From the NCBI RefSeq assembly GCF_036515995.1, contig NZ_DATBUP010000010.1, positions 9,455 to 73,454 of the forward strand: DNA of 64,000 nucleotides. Reading direction: 5' to 3'. Below are positions 36,361 to 45,152 of the stretch, in pieces. Position 1 is the stretch's first letter, and each line of letters opens with the position of its first letter. Made by a program: the position numbers and the translations under genes. The notes beneath the pieces are model-generated. The model did not search any database. It was not told the DNA's origin and saw only the letters and a list, made by a program, of their open reading frames with translations. The DNA comes from Pedomonas sp. GTDB taxonomy: Bacteria; Pseudomonadota; Alphaproteobacteria; Sphingomonadales; Sphingomonadaceae.

Positions 36361-38002
36361 AAACCGCATCCTTGAACGGCTGAACGCTAACACGACGATA
36401 GGTGTCGAGGAACCGCTCGCCCTCGTTGCGGATGGAGCGGTAGGTCTCGACGATGGTCTCGACGGCATTAATCACGCCGTCATAGTCAAAGCCCGGGCCG
36501 ATGATCTTGCCGAGCGAGGCGTCTTCCGCGCCCGAGCCGCCCAGCGTGATCTGGAAGTTTTCCTCGCCGCGCTTGTCCACGCCCAGAATGCCGATGTGGC
36601 CGGCATGGTGGTGGCCGCAGGCGTTGATGCACCCGGAGATCTTGATCTTCAGCTCGCCAACGTCGCGCTGGCGCTCGATATCGGCAAAGCGCTTGGCGAT
36701 GTCCTGCGCCACCGGAATGGCGCGGGCGTTGGCCAGCGTGCAGTAATCAAGGCCCGGGCAGGCGATGATGTCTGACAGGAGGCCGGCGTTGGAGGTCGCC
36801 AGCTCCTGTTTCACCAGTTCCTGCCACAGCACGAACAGGTCCGCCTTCTTCACGTGCGGCAGAACCAGGTTCTGCTCGTGGGTCACGCGCACCTCGCCGA
36901 AGGAGAACTGGTCGGCCAGGTCGGCAACGGCGTCCAGCTGGTCCGCCGAGGCGTCGCCCGGAATGCCGCCGATCGGCTTCAGCGAAAGGGTGGCGATGGC
37001 ATAGCCCGGCGCCTTGTGGGCAGAGACGTTCTGCTTCACCCACTTGGCGAACTCGGCGTCAGCGGTCAGCGCGGCGTCAAAACCGGCATCCGTGTCGGCC
37101 AGCGTCTCGAACGGCGGCGGGGCAAAGTTGGCGGCGATGCGCTCCACCTCGCGCGGGTCGATGTCCTGGAAGGTCTTGAGGACCTCCTGCCACTCGGCCT
37201 CCACTTCCTCGCGGAACTTCTCGATGCCCAGTTCGTGAACCAGGATCTTGATGCGCGCCTTGTAGATGTTGTCGCGGCGGCCATAGCGGTTGTACACCCG
37301 CATCAGGGCCTCGAGGTACGACAGGAAATGCTGCTGCGGCAGCCACTCGCGCACCACCTTGCCGATGATTGGGGTGCGGCCCATGCCGCCGCCGGCCAGC
37401 ACGCGGAAGCCCAGCTCGCCTGCCTCGTTCTTGTGAATGACGATGCCGACGTCATGCCACTGCACGGCGGCGCGGTCGTTGTCGGCGGCGGTGATCGCCA
37501 CTTTGAACTTGCGCGGCAGGAAGCTGTATTCCGGGTGGAAGGTGGACCATTGGCGCAGCACTTCGGCCCACACGCGCGGGTCGGTCACTTCCTCGGCGGT
37601 CGCACCGGCGAACTGGTCCGCCGTGGTGTTGCGGATGCAGTTGCCCGACGTCTGGATGGAATGCAGACCAACGGTGGACAGGTCGCGGATGATGTCCGGC
37701 GTGTCCTGCAGCCTGATCCAGTTGAACTGGATGTTCTGCCGGGTCGTGAAGTGGCCGTAGCCCTTGTCGTACGTGCGCGCCACATGGCCCAGCATGCGCA
37801 CCTGTTTGGTGTTCAGCGTGCCGTAGGGAATGGCGATGCGCAGCATGTAGGCGTGCAGCTGGAGATAGACGCCGTTCATCAGCCGCAGCGGCCGGAACTG
37901 CTCCTCGGTCAGCTCGCCCGAGAGGCGGCGGCCCACCTGATCGCGGAACTCCTCGACGCGGGCGTCGAGAATGGCCTGATCGAAATTATCGTACTGGTAC
38001 AT
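36347..38002 (-). CDS. cysI: Sulfite reductase hemoprotein (nitrite/sulfite reductase family)
   Basis: 551 aa. Siroheme/4Fe-4S cysteine cluster ACPGLDYC...SGCINACGHH and an N-terminal NIR_SIR ferredoxin-like half. Confidence 0.9.
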   Translation of the reverse strand: MYQYDNFDQAILDARVEEFRDQVGRRLSGELTEEQFRPLRLMNGVYLQLHAYMLRIAIPYGTLNTKQVRMLGHVARTYDKGYGHFTTRQNIQFNWIRLQDTPDIIRDLSTVGLHSIQTSGNCIRNTTADQFAGATAEEVTDPRVWAEVLRQWSTFHPEYSFLPRKFKVAITAADNDRAAVQWHDVGIVIHKNEAGELGFRVLAGGGMGRTPIIGKVVREWLPQQHFLSYLEALMRVYNRYGRRDNIYKARIKILVHELGIEKFREEVEAEWQEVLKTFQDIDPREVERIAANFAPPPFETLADTDAGFDAALTADAEFAKWVKQNVSAHKAPGYAIATLSLKPIGGIPGDASADQLDAVADLADQFSFGEVRVTHEQNLVLPHVKKADLFVLWQELVKQELATSNAGLLSDIIACPGLDYCTLANARAIPVAQDIAKRFADIERQRDVGELKIKISGCINACGHHHAGHIGILGVDKRGEENFQITLGGSGAEDASLGKIIGPGFDYDGVINAVETIVETYRSIRNEGERFLDTYRRVSVQPFKDAVYGSN

Positions 38003-38005
38003 GGC

Positions 38006-38287
38006 TCAGAGCTCCGCCTGCTTGCCGAGGTCAAGACGAACGGACGGGCCGCTGGCGCGCACCACCTCGCGGTAGCGGGTGGGCCAGGGCTTGCCGTCCT
38101 TCAGCTCGACGTCGATCGGGTAGTGGTCCATCACCTTCTGGGCGACGGCGTCACGGGTCGAGGCAGCCTCGGCCAGGGTCGCGTCGTCAAATGCCACGGC
38201 CTCGCGCACATCGCGGGTCCAGCCGTCGCCTCGCCAGTAGACGACATCGCCGGTGGGTACATCATAAGCGGTCATAACTTGCGGCAT
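38006..38287 (-). CDS. DUF2849 domain protein
   Basis: 93 aa, MPQVMTAYDVPTGDVVYWRGDGW. In the usual position immediately upstream of cysI. Confidence 0.75.
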   Translation of the reverse strand: MPQVMTAYDVPTGDVVYWRGDGWTRDVREAVAFDDATLAEAASTRDAVAQKVMDHYPIDVELKDGKPWPTRYREVVRASGPSVRLDLGKQAEL

Positions 38288-38294
38288 TACAAAA

Positions 38295-39158
38295 TCACTC
38301 CGCGGGCATCAGAAGGTCGATGTTTTCAGGAACGTAAGGGGCAACGGCAGGCGCAAGGGCACCGGGCCGCTCCACGGCCAGTGCCGCCACCTCGCCCACA
38401 ACCAGCAGCGCCGGGCTGCGCACGCCGTGCTCGGCAATGGTCTCGGCCAGCGCGCCGAGGCGGGTCACGAACGTGCGGCCGTCAAGGCGCGTGCCGCCTT
38501 CCAGAATGGCGGCGGGGGTATCGCCCGGCAGTCCGTCCGCCATCAGCTTCTCCGCAATGGCGGGGGCGGCGGTCACGCCCATGTAGACCACCAGCGTGCG
38601 CCCCGGGGCTGCAAGGCCCTGCCAGTTCTGGTCCGTGAGACCCTTGCACTGGCCCGCAACGAACGTGACGGCGCTGGCGTGATCGCGGTGGGTGAGCGGC
38701 AGCAGGCTCTCGGCCGCGCAGCCGAGCGCGGCGGTAATGCCCGGAATCACCTCCACCGGAATGCCCGCTTCCCGGCAGGCTTCCACTTCCTCGCCGCCCC
38801 GGCCGAACACGAACGGGTCTCCGCCCTTCAGGCGGGCGACGCGGTAACCGGCGCGGGCCTTGGCGACGAGCAGCAGGTTGATGTCCTCCTGCTTCATGGT
38901 GTGGCGGGAGCGGGCCTTGGCCACGCAGATCATCTCCGCCAGCGGATTGACCAGCTCCATGATGCGGGAATCGATGAGGCCGTCGTAAACCACGACCTCG
39001 GCGTCGCGCAGGGCCTTCACCGCTTTCACGGTCAGAAGGTCCGGATCGCCCGGCCCGCCACCCACGAGCACGACCTTGCCCTGGGCGGGCTTTTGCTCGC
39101 GCAGGGATGAGTCTATGCCAAAGGGACGGTTGGCCTGTGTAGCCAGCCACCGTTGCAT
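38295..39158 (-). CDS. cobA: Uroporphyrinogen-III C-methyltransferase (SUMT)
   Basis: Trimmed from the 726-aa track ORF to MQRWLATQ, with AGGAGA RBS. Motifs VVLVGGGPGDPDLLTVKA and LKGGDPFVFGRGGEE. Confidence 0.9.
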   Translation of the reverse strand: MQRWLATQANRPFGIDSSLREQKPAQGKVVLVGGGPGDPDLLTVKAVKALRDAEVVVYDGLIDSRIMELVNPLAEMICVAKARSRHTMKQEDINLLLVAKARAGYRVARLKGGDPFVFGRGGEEVEACREAGIPVEVIPGITAALGCAAESLLPLTHRDHASAVTFVAGQCKGLTDQNWQGLAAPGRTLVVYMGVTAAPAIAEKLMADGLPGDTPAAILEGGTRLDGRTFVTRLGALAETIAEHGVRSPALLVVGEVAALAVERPGALAPAVAPYVPENIDLLMPAE

Positions 39159-39380
39159 GGTTTTCTCCTGAATTCTTGAAGCGTAAACTGGCCCCACCAA
39201 GGTCAGATCGCAAACGAGCTTTTCTTGGCCCTCCCGTAGTCCAACTTGGGGAAACCGGGGGCGGCGCTGGCCGGTTGGGTCTGCGTGGTTGCTCATGCGT
39301 TGAATATTTAAACGCAGCGCGGCGCTTCGGCCGTGCCGATCCGGGGCCGGGGAAAAGGCCAGACAAGGGGACTGCCTGCC

Positions 39381-40214
39381 ATGGTAAAAGACATTCTGGT
39401 GCTGCTGGGAGAAACCGGAGACGAGTCTCCGGCGCTTGAGGTCGCCATCGAGTTGTGCCGCGCCAATAGCGCCCACCTGACGGTGGTGGTGTGCGCGGGC
39501 GTGCCGCTGTATCAGGAATACCTGCTCGGCACCGTGATCTACGAGGCCTACCAGTCCGAGGTCGGCCGTCAGACCGAGGTGGCGGAGCAGACCTGCGCCA
39601 CCATCCGCGAGCGGCTGGACGCCGCCGGGATTCGCCATGAGGTGCGCACCATCGTGGTGGACATGGACATCCTGCCGATGGATGCGGCGGTGCACGCCCG
39701 CTATGCCGATCTGGTGCTGATGGGCGGCCGCTCCAGCCAGGGCGACGGGCGCATGTGGGACCGGCTGGTGCAGAGCATCGTGTTCCAGACCGGCCGCCCG
39801 CTGTTGATCCTGCCCGAGCGCTCGCACCTGCCGTTCGACAAGGTGACCATCGGCTGGAATGCCAGCAAGGAAGCGGTGCGCGCCGTGCATGACGCCATGG
39901 ACCTCATCACCGCCGCCGCGCAGGTGGACATCGCCATCGTCGATGCCGTGCCCAGCGATGACGGCCACGGCGAGGAGCCGGGCGCGGGGCTGGCCCGCCA
40001 TCTCGCCCGCCATGTGCGCAACGTGAACGTTCACCGGCTCGACAGTCAGGGACGCTCCATCGGCGAGGTGCTGCAGGCCTTTGCCCGCGATCAGGGCTCG
40101 CGCCTGCTGATCATGGGCGCTTACGGCCATTCCCGCATGTGGGAGATGTTCCTCGGCGGCGCGACCCGTGACGTTCTGGGCAACGCCACCGTTCCGGTGC
40201 TGCTCTCGCATTGA
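39381..40214 (+). CDS. Universal stress protein (tandem UspA domains)
   Basis: Trimmed to MVKDILVLL. The second domain ends with the ATP-binding-type block LLIMGAYGHSRMWEMFLGGATRDVL. Confidence 0.8.
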   Translation: MVKDILVLLGETGDESPALEVAIELCRANSAHLTVVVCAGVPLYQEYLLGTVIYEAYQSEVGRQTEVAEQTCATIRERLDAAGIRHEVRTIVVDMDILPMDAAVHARYADLVLMGGRSSQGDGRMWDRLVQSIVFQTGRPLLILPERSHLPFDKVTIGWNASKEAVRAVHDAMDLITAAAQVDIAIVDAVPSDDGHGEEPGAGLARHLARHVRNVNVHRLDSQGRSIGEVLQAFARDQGSRLLIMGAYGHSRMWEMFLGGATRDVLGNATVPVLLSH

Positions 40215-40302
40215 TGCCCTGAATTGATGTCCTGAGAGGGGCGCCCGGCCGAATGACCTTCCCCCAGCCGACTGGCTTGGTGCATCCGCGTTTGTGCGGC
40301 AT

Positions 40303-40343
40303 GGTTTATCGCGTAAACTAAACCCGCGTTTGCGCGATAAACC
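40303..40343 (+). other. Hairpin with perfect 11-bp arms directly upstream of the Coq4-family gene RBS
   Basis: GGTTTATCGCG-(19 nt)-CGCGATAAACC. The element CCGCGTTTG occurs twice (40286-40294 and 40323-40331). There is no U-tract on either strand. Confidence 0.5.
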
Positions 40344-40362
40344 AGAAAAATGGGGAGAGGGT

Positions 40363-41202
40363 ATGGCCGAGGATCTGGGCCTGAAACTGGCCGACAAGGA
40401 AGCGCAGTACCTGAAGGGCGGCCGGGAGCCGGTCGCCGGCAGCATCCTGATCAGCACGTCAAAGTATTTGAACAACCCGCTGTTCCGGGACCTGTTCGCC
40501 CAGATGGGCCTGAAGCGGGACGGCCATGATCTGCCCGGCGCTTATCTCGTGCCGGAGATCAACCGCGCCTTCGGCGAGGTGACCGACACGCAGGCGCTGT
40601 TCGGCGGGCTGGCGGACGCCCGCAGGCGTTTGCCGGACTTCGCCGCGTGGCTGGAGGAGCGCTTCGTCTCGGACCTGAAGCCGGAGCATGTGAAGGACTG
40701 CGCGCCCGGCACGCTGGGTGAGCGCGTCTACCGCTTCATGGTCGAGAGCGGCATGGACATCGACTTCATGTTCCTCGGCGAGCCGCGCAACGACTATGAA
40801 TACCTGAACAAGCGCCGGATTCAGGTGCACGACATCGAGCACATGGTCACGGGCCTCGACCCCAGCCCGGTCGGCGAGATGGCGCTGATCGTGGCGAACA
40901 CCGTCGCCAACATCAATTACTTCGGCGCGGAATTCGCGGCAGAGCTCAACCGCCACGGCGCGTTTCTGGTGACAACCGGGCTCATGCGTGCCTCCTGCCA
41001 CTACCCCGCCGTCGTGCCCGCCTATCTGGAGGGCATCGTGCGCGGGCAGGCGCTGGGCAGCAAGCAGAAGCGTCCCCTCTTCATGATGAAGTGGGAAGAT
41101 TACTTCGACTGGACGATCGAGGACATCCGTGAGGAATTCAACTTTCATGACGGCCCGCCCGAAGGCCACTGGACCTGGACCTTCGAAGCCTCAAAGGGCT
41201 GA
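40363..41202 (+). CDS. Coq4-family protein (PF05019-like, HDxxH-x11-E metal motif)
   Basis: Trimmed to MAEDLGLKL, with GGGGAGAGGG RBS. Contains the motif VHDIEHMVTGLDPSPVGE. Confidence 0.65.
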   Translation: MAEDLGLKLADKEAQYLKGGREPVAGSILISTSKYLNNPLFRDLFAQMGLKRDGHDLPGAYLVPEINRAFGEVTDTQALFGGLADARRRLPDFAAWLEERFVSDLKPEHVKDCAPGTLGERVYRFMVESGMDIDFMFLGEPRNDYEYLNKRRIQVHDIEHMVTGLDPSPVGEMALIVANTVANINYFGAEFAAELNRHGAFLVTTGLMRASCHYPAVVPAYLEGIVRGQALGSKQKRPLFMMKWEDYFDWTIEDIREEFNFHDGPPEGHWTWTFEASKG

Positions 41203-41243
41203 GGCGGGCTTGACTCGATCCGGTTACTCCTCCGCTGCCGCCC

Positions 41244-42533
41244 TCACGCCAGTCCCATCTCGGCCAGCAGGGCGCGGCGGGCGGCCCAGGCCTGCTCCCA
41301 GAGGGCGGCGTTGCCGATGTCGCCGGGGGTGATGCGCTCGGGCCAGTGGGTCTCGACCACGCGGTTCAGCGCCTCCCACTTGCGCTCATCCAGCAGGAAG
41401 CGGGAATCGATGGCGGCCATGGCGGCTTCGTCCACCTGCACGCGCAGCCGCAGGCAGGCGGGGCCGCCGCCGTTCCTCATGCTCTCGCGCACGTCGATGA
41501 CGATGGCCTCGCGGATGGGCGTGTTCTTGTCCAGAAGACGCTGCACGTAATCCCACACGCGAATATTGTCGCGGCACTCCTGCGGCATGACGAGGGCCAT
41601 GTCCCCATTCGGCAGGGTGATGAGCTGGGAGTTGAACAGGTAGGAGCGGATGGCGTCTTCCAGCCCCACCTCGGCAGACGGCACCTCGACGATGAGGACG
41701 CCCGGCAGCGCATCCTCCAGCGCATTGTAGAACTTCGCCTTGTCCTCGAAGGCGTGCTCATGGGTGAACAGCACGTGCTCGTTGGCGACGGCCACCACGT
41801 CGTTGTGGAAGGCCCCGGCCTGAATGGCGGCGTCCGACTGGGCGACGAACAGCGTGCGCTTCATGTCCAGCCCGTGCAGGCGGGCAATCGCCTCGCTGGC
41901 GCGGCGCTTCTGGCGGGCGGGAAAACGGCCGCCCTTGTCCTCGCCGTAAACGAAGACCTCGACGCCCGTCGCGCCGTGGGCCGGGGCAAGGCGCATGTGA
42001 TTGGCCGCGCCCTCGTCCCCGAAGTGCACGCCGAAGCGCAGGGCGCTGTGAACGCAGAAATGCTGCTCGGCCCCGAACGCCAGGCGCAGCCACTGCTCGG
42101 TCTCTGGCGGCTCCAGCGAGCGGTGCGCCATGCTGGCGAGGTTGGCGACCGTCAGGTGCACGCGCCCGTCCGCCGTGTCCGGCTTGGGCGACACGGTGGC
42201 GGCGTTGGCGGTCCACATCGAAGAGGCGGCAAAGGCGTTGCGGAACAGGGCGGGGTCCGCCGCGAACGCCGCCGCGCACACGGCCGCGTCCGAGCCGTCG
42301 AACCCCAGCATGCGCAGCACCGGCACATAGGGCCGCTCCTGCGGCGGCAGCACACCCTGCGGTAGCCCCCGGTCCATCAGCTGCTTCATCTTGGCAAGGC
42401 CCTGAAGCGCGGCCGCCCGCGGGGACGAGACCTCGCCCGCGTTGGCGGCGGAGGCCACGTTGCCGAGGCTGAGCCCGGCGTAGTTGTGAGTGGGGCCGAT
42501 CAGCCCGTCGAAATTGATTTCAACCGTAGTCAT
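41244..42533 (-). CDS. astB: N-succinylarginine dihydrolase
   Basis: 429 aa. The N-terminus MTTVEINFDGLIGPTHNYAGLSLGNVAS is characteristic of AstB. Confidence 0.9.
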   Translation of the reverse strand: MTTVEINFDGLIGPTHNYAGLSLGNVASAANAGEVSSPRAAALQGLAKMKQLMDRGLPQGVLPPQERPYVPVLRMLGFDGSDAAVCAAAFAADPALFRNAFAASSMWTANAATVSPKPDTADGRVHLTVANLASMAHRSLEPPETEQWLRLAFGAEQHFCVHSALRFGVHFGDEGAANHMRLAPAHGATGVEVFVYGEDKGGRFPARQKRRASEAIARLHGLDMKRTLFVAQSDAAIQAGAFHNDVVAVANEHVLFTHEHAFEDKAKFYNALEDALPGVLIVEVPSAEVGLEDAIRSYLFNSQLITLPNGDMALVMPQECRDNIRVWDYVQRLLDKNTPIREAIVIDVRESMRNGGGPACLRLRVQVDEAAMAAIDSRFLLDERKWEALNRVVETHWPERITPGDIGNAALWEQAWAARRALLAEMGLA

Positions 42534-42607
42534 TCTGCACTCGCTTTAGAGCGACTTTCGAGCAGGCCGCATGGCCTGCGGTCCAGAAAGCGCGATCAAC
42601 AAAGGTT

Positions 42608-44089
42608 TCAGGCGGGCTTCAACCCGGTGCGGATGGGAGCGTTCGGCGCGGACTGCTCAAGGCTGGCCACGGGGAAGGCGCAGTAATCCGCCGCATAGTA
42701 GGCGCTGGGCCGGTGGTTGCCGGACAGCCCCACGCCGCCGAACGGCGAAGCGGAGGCAGCGCCGGTCGTCGGCCGGTTCCACGCCAGCACGCCCGCGCGG
42801 CTGTCGTCCCAGAAGCGCTGGTAGAGTTTCTCGTCATCGCTGATGAGCCCTGCGGCCAGCCCGTAGCGCGTGGCATTGGCTTCATCGAGCGCGGCGCTGA
42901 AATCCGTCACGCGCACCACCTGCAGCAGCGGGCCGAAATGCTCCTCGTCCGCCCGGTTGTTGACGTGGGTCACGTCGACGAGGCCGGGTGTGAGGAACGG
43001 CTTGTCCGCGTCCGGCGCGGTCATCAGCTTCAGCGGCGTGCCCCCGGCGGCCAGCAGGCCATCCTGCGCGGTCAGCAGGCGGCGAGCGGCGTTGCGGTTG
43101 ATGACCGGGCCCATGAACGGCTGGGGATCATCGAACGGCGCGCCGACGATCAGCCGGTCAACCACGTCCAGCACCGCCTCCACAATGCGGTTGCCCGCCT
43201 CGCCCGTGGGCAGGATGAGGCGGCGGGCGCAGGTGCAGCGCTGCCCGGCAGACAGGAACGCGGACTGGGCGATGATGTGGGCGGCAGCCTCCGCGTCTGC
43301 CACGTCCCACGCCACCAGCGGGTTGTTGCCGCCCATCTCCAGCGCGAGGATCCGGTTGGGCGTCTCGGCGAACTGGCGATGCAGCGCCACGCCCGTCGGC
43401 ATGGAGCCGGTGAACAGCAGCCCATCGATGTCCGGATGCCCGGCCAGCGCCTTGCCGGTGCTGGCCGCGCCGATCACCACATGCAGCACGTCCGCCGGCA
43501 GCCCCGCTTCCTCCCACACTTCGGCCATGGCAAGGCCGCAGAACGGGGTTTCCTCGCTCGGCTTGAACACCACCGTGTTGCCCGCCAGCAAGGCCGGTAC
43601 GATGTGGCCATTGGCCAGATGCATGGGGAAATTGTACGGCCCCAGCACCGCCAGCACGCCGTGCGCCTTGTGGGCCACGCGCTGGCGCATGCCGCCCGTG
43701 TCCTGCACGCGCGTGCCGGTGCGCTCCTGATAGGCGCGGATGGAGATGTCCACCTTGCCCGCCACGCTGTCGATTTCGGTCTGCGCTTCCCAGAACGGCT
43801 TGCCGGTTTCCAGCGAGATGAGGCGGGCCAACTCCTCCTTCCGCTCGCGCATGCGCTCGGCAAAGGTGGTGGCGATGGCGGCGCGATCCTCGAACGAGCG
43901 GCGAGACCAGGCGGGCGCGGCACTGCGGGCGGCGGCAATGGCGGCAGACACCACGGCCTCGTTTGCAACCGGGCCGCGCCACACCGCCTCGCCCGTGGCC
44001 GGGTTGTAGGACACCAGCGTCTCGCCGGGCTGCGCGCCTGCCTGATCCGCCTGCGGCATGGCAGTGTGGGTGGTATCAGAAGGTGACAT
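42608..44089 (-). CDS. astD: Succinylglutamate-semialdehyde dehydrogenase
   Basis: ALDH blocks FTGSMPTGVAL, LEMGGNNP, GQRCTCARR. Start trimmed to MSPSDT, overlapping the astA stop by 14 nt. The ATG at 44059 is also possible. Confidence 0.85.
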   Translation of the reverse strand: MSPSDTTHTAMPQADQAGAQPGETLVSYNPATGEAVWRGPVANEAVVSAAIAAARSAAPAWSRRSFEDRAAIATTFAERMRERKEELARLISLETGKPFWEAQTEIDSVAGKVDISIRAYQERTGTRVQDTGGMRQRVAHKAHGVLAVLGPYNFPMHLANGHIVPALLAGNTVVFKPSEETPFCGLAMAEVWEEAGLPADVLHVVIGAASTGKALAGHPDIDGLLFTGSMPTGVALHRQFAETPNRILALEMGGNNPLVAWDVADAEAAAHIIAQSAFLSAGQRCTCARRLILPTGEAGNRIVEAVLDVVDRLIVGAPFDDPQPFMGPVINRNAARRLLTAQDGLLAAGGTPLKLMTAPDADKPFLTPGLVDVTHVNNRADEEHFGPLLQVVRVTDFSAALDEANATRYGLAAGLISDDEKLYQRFWDDSRAGVLAWNRPTTGAASASPFGGVGLSGNHRPSAYYAADYCAFPVASLEQSAPNAPIRTGLKPA

Positions 44090-45152
44090 GCAGAATCTCC
44101 ATGCCTGGGGTGACGTCAAGGGCGCCGGCAAGGGCCTCGTCAAGGATCACGGCGTCGTGGGGCAGAAGTTCCAGCCGTCCGCGCGCGGCGCGAAAATTTG
44201 CGGCATGACCGGCGCACGCCAGCACGTCGAGGCTGGAGGTGCTGTCGATCCGGCGAATGTCGCTGACGGTGGCGCGGTGGTGGTCCTTTACCGCCTTCAG
44301 GTCGCTCACATAGGCGGTCATGGTCGGCCCGCCGTCGAAGATGTCCACATAGCCCTCGTAGCGAAACCCTTCCTCCGCCAGCAGGGCGAAGGCGCGCTCC
44401 CCATCCCGGTGCGGACGGCCGATGGCGGCCTGCGCGGCGGGCGGCAGCAACCGGGCATAGATGGGGTACTTGGGCATGAGGTCCGCAATGAACTGGTTGC
44501 CGTGCAGGCTGTTGAACCGGTCCGCGTCCTCGAACTCCATCTGGAAGAAGTGGCGGCCCAGCCCTTCCCAGAACGGCCAGCTGCCGTCTTCCGCCTGATA
44601 CCCGCGCAGGTCGGCGATGATCTTCTCGGCAAAGCGCGCCCGGTGGGCGGCAACGAACAGGTAGCGGCTGCGGGCGACGGTGCGGCCCGCCCCGGAGGCC
44701 CGCCGGTCCGGCTCCAGAAACAGCCCGCCCACTTCCGAGCAGCCGTCGAAGTCATTCACCAGATGCAGCACATCTGACGTGAGCGACTTGCTCAGCTCCT
44801 TGCACGTCTGTGACAGGCGGTTGATCTTGTAGCTGTAGAACGGCCACTCGGTGCCCAGCCGGGTGAACAGGCTGGCGGTTCCGAACACTGTGTTGTCGGC
44901 GGCATCTTCCAGCACCAGCATGTAGAGGTCGCCTGCGCTTGTCTCCTCGGCCCCCTCCCGCGCGAGGGCCTTGGCGCTGGCGTTGACGCGCCGGGCGATG
45001 TCGTCCCGGTTGGGCGGCAGGTTGGTGAAGCCGCCGCCGGTTTTCAGCGCCAGCTGATAGAGCGCCTCCGTGTCCTCCGGGCGAGCAGTGCGCACCCTGT
45101 AGGTGCCGTTCGCACCGTTCGCGACGTCCGTGCCATTCTCGTTCGCGCTCAT
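44076..45152 (-). CDS. astA: Arginine N-succinyltransferase
   Basis: 358 aa with AstA-family length. YRVRTARPEDTEALYQLA...GGGFTNLP block. Sits within the ast gene context. Confidence 0.88.
   Translation of the reverse strand: MSANENGTDVANGANGTYRVRTARPEDTEALYQLALKTGGGFTNLPPNRDDIARRVNASAKALAREGAEETSAGDLYMLVLEDAADNTVFGTASLFTRLGTEWPFYSYKINRLSQTCKELSKSLTSDVLHLVNDFDGCSEVGGLFLEPDRRASGAGRTVARSRYLFVAAHRARFAEKIIADLRGYQAEDGSWPFWEGLGRHFFQMEFEDADRFNSLHGNQFIADLMPKYPIYARLLPPAAQAAIGRPHRDGERAFALLAEEGFRYEGYVDIFDGGPTMTAYVSDLKAVKDHHRATVSDIRRIDSTSSLDVLACAGHAANFRAARGRLELLPHDAVILDEALAGALDVTPGMEILHVTF

Noticed and set aside
38295-40475. 726-aa minus-strand ORF spanning cobA and the antisense of the usp gene
   Set aside because: Only the C-terminal 287 residues are SUMT-like and start at an ATG with an AGGAGA RBS (39158). 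The upstream 439 codons are Arg/Ala/Gly-rich antisense read-through of a well-supported plus-strand UspA gene.
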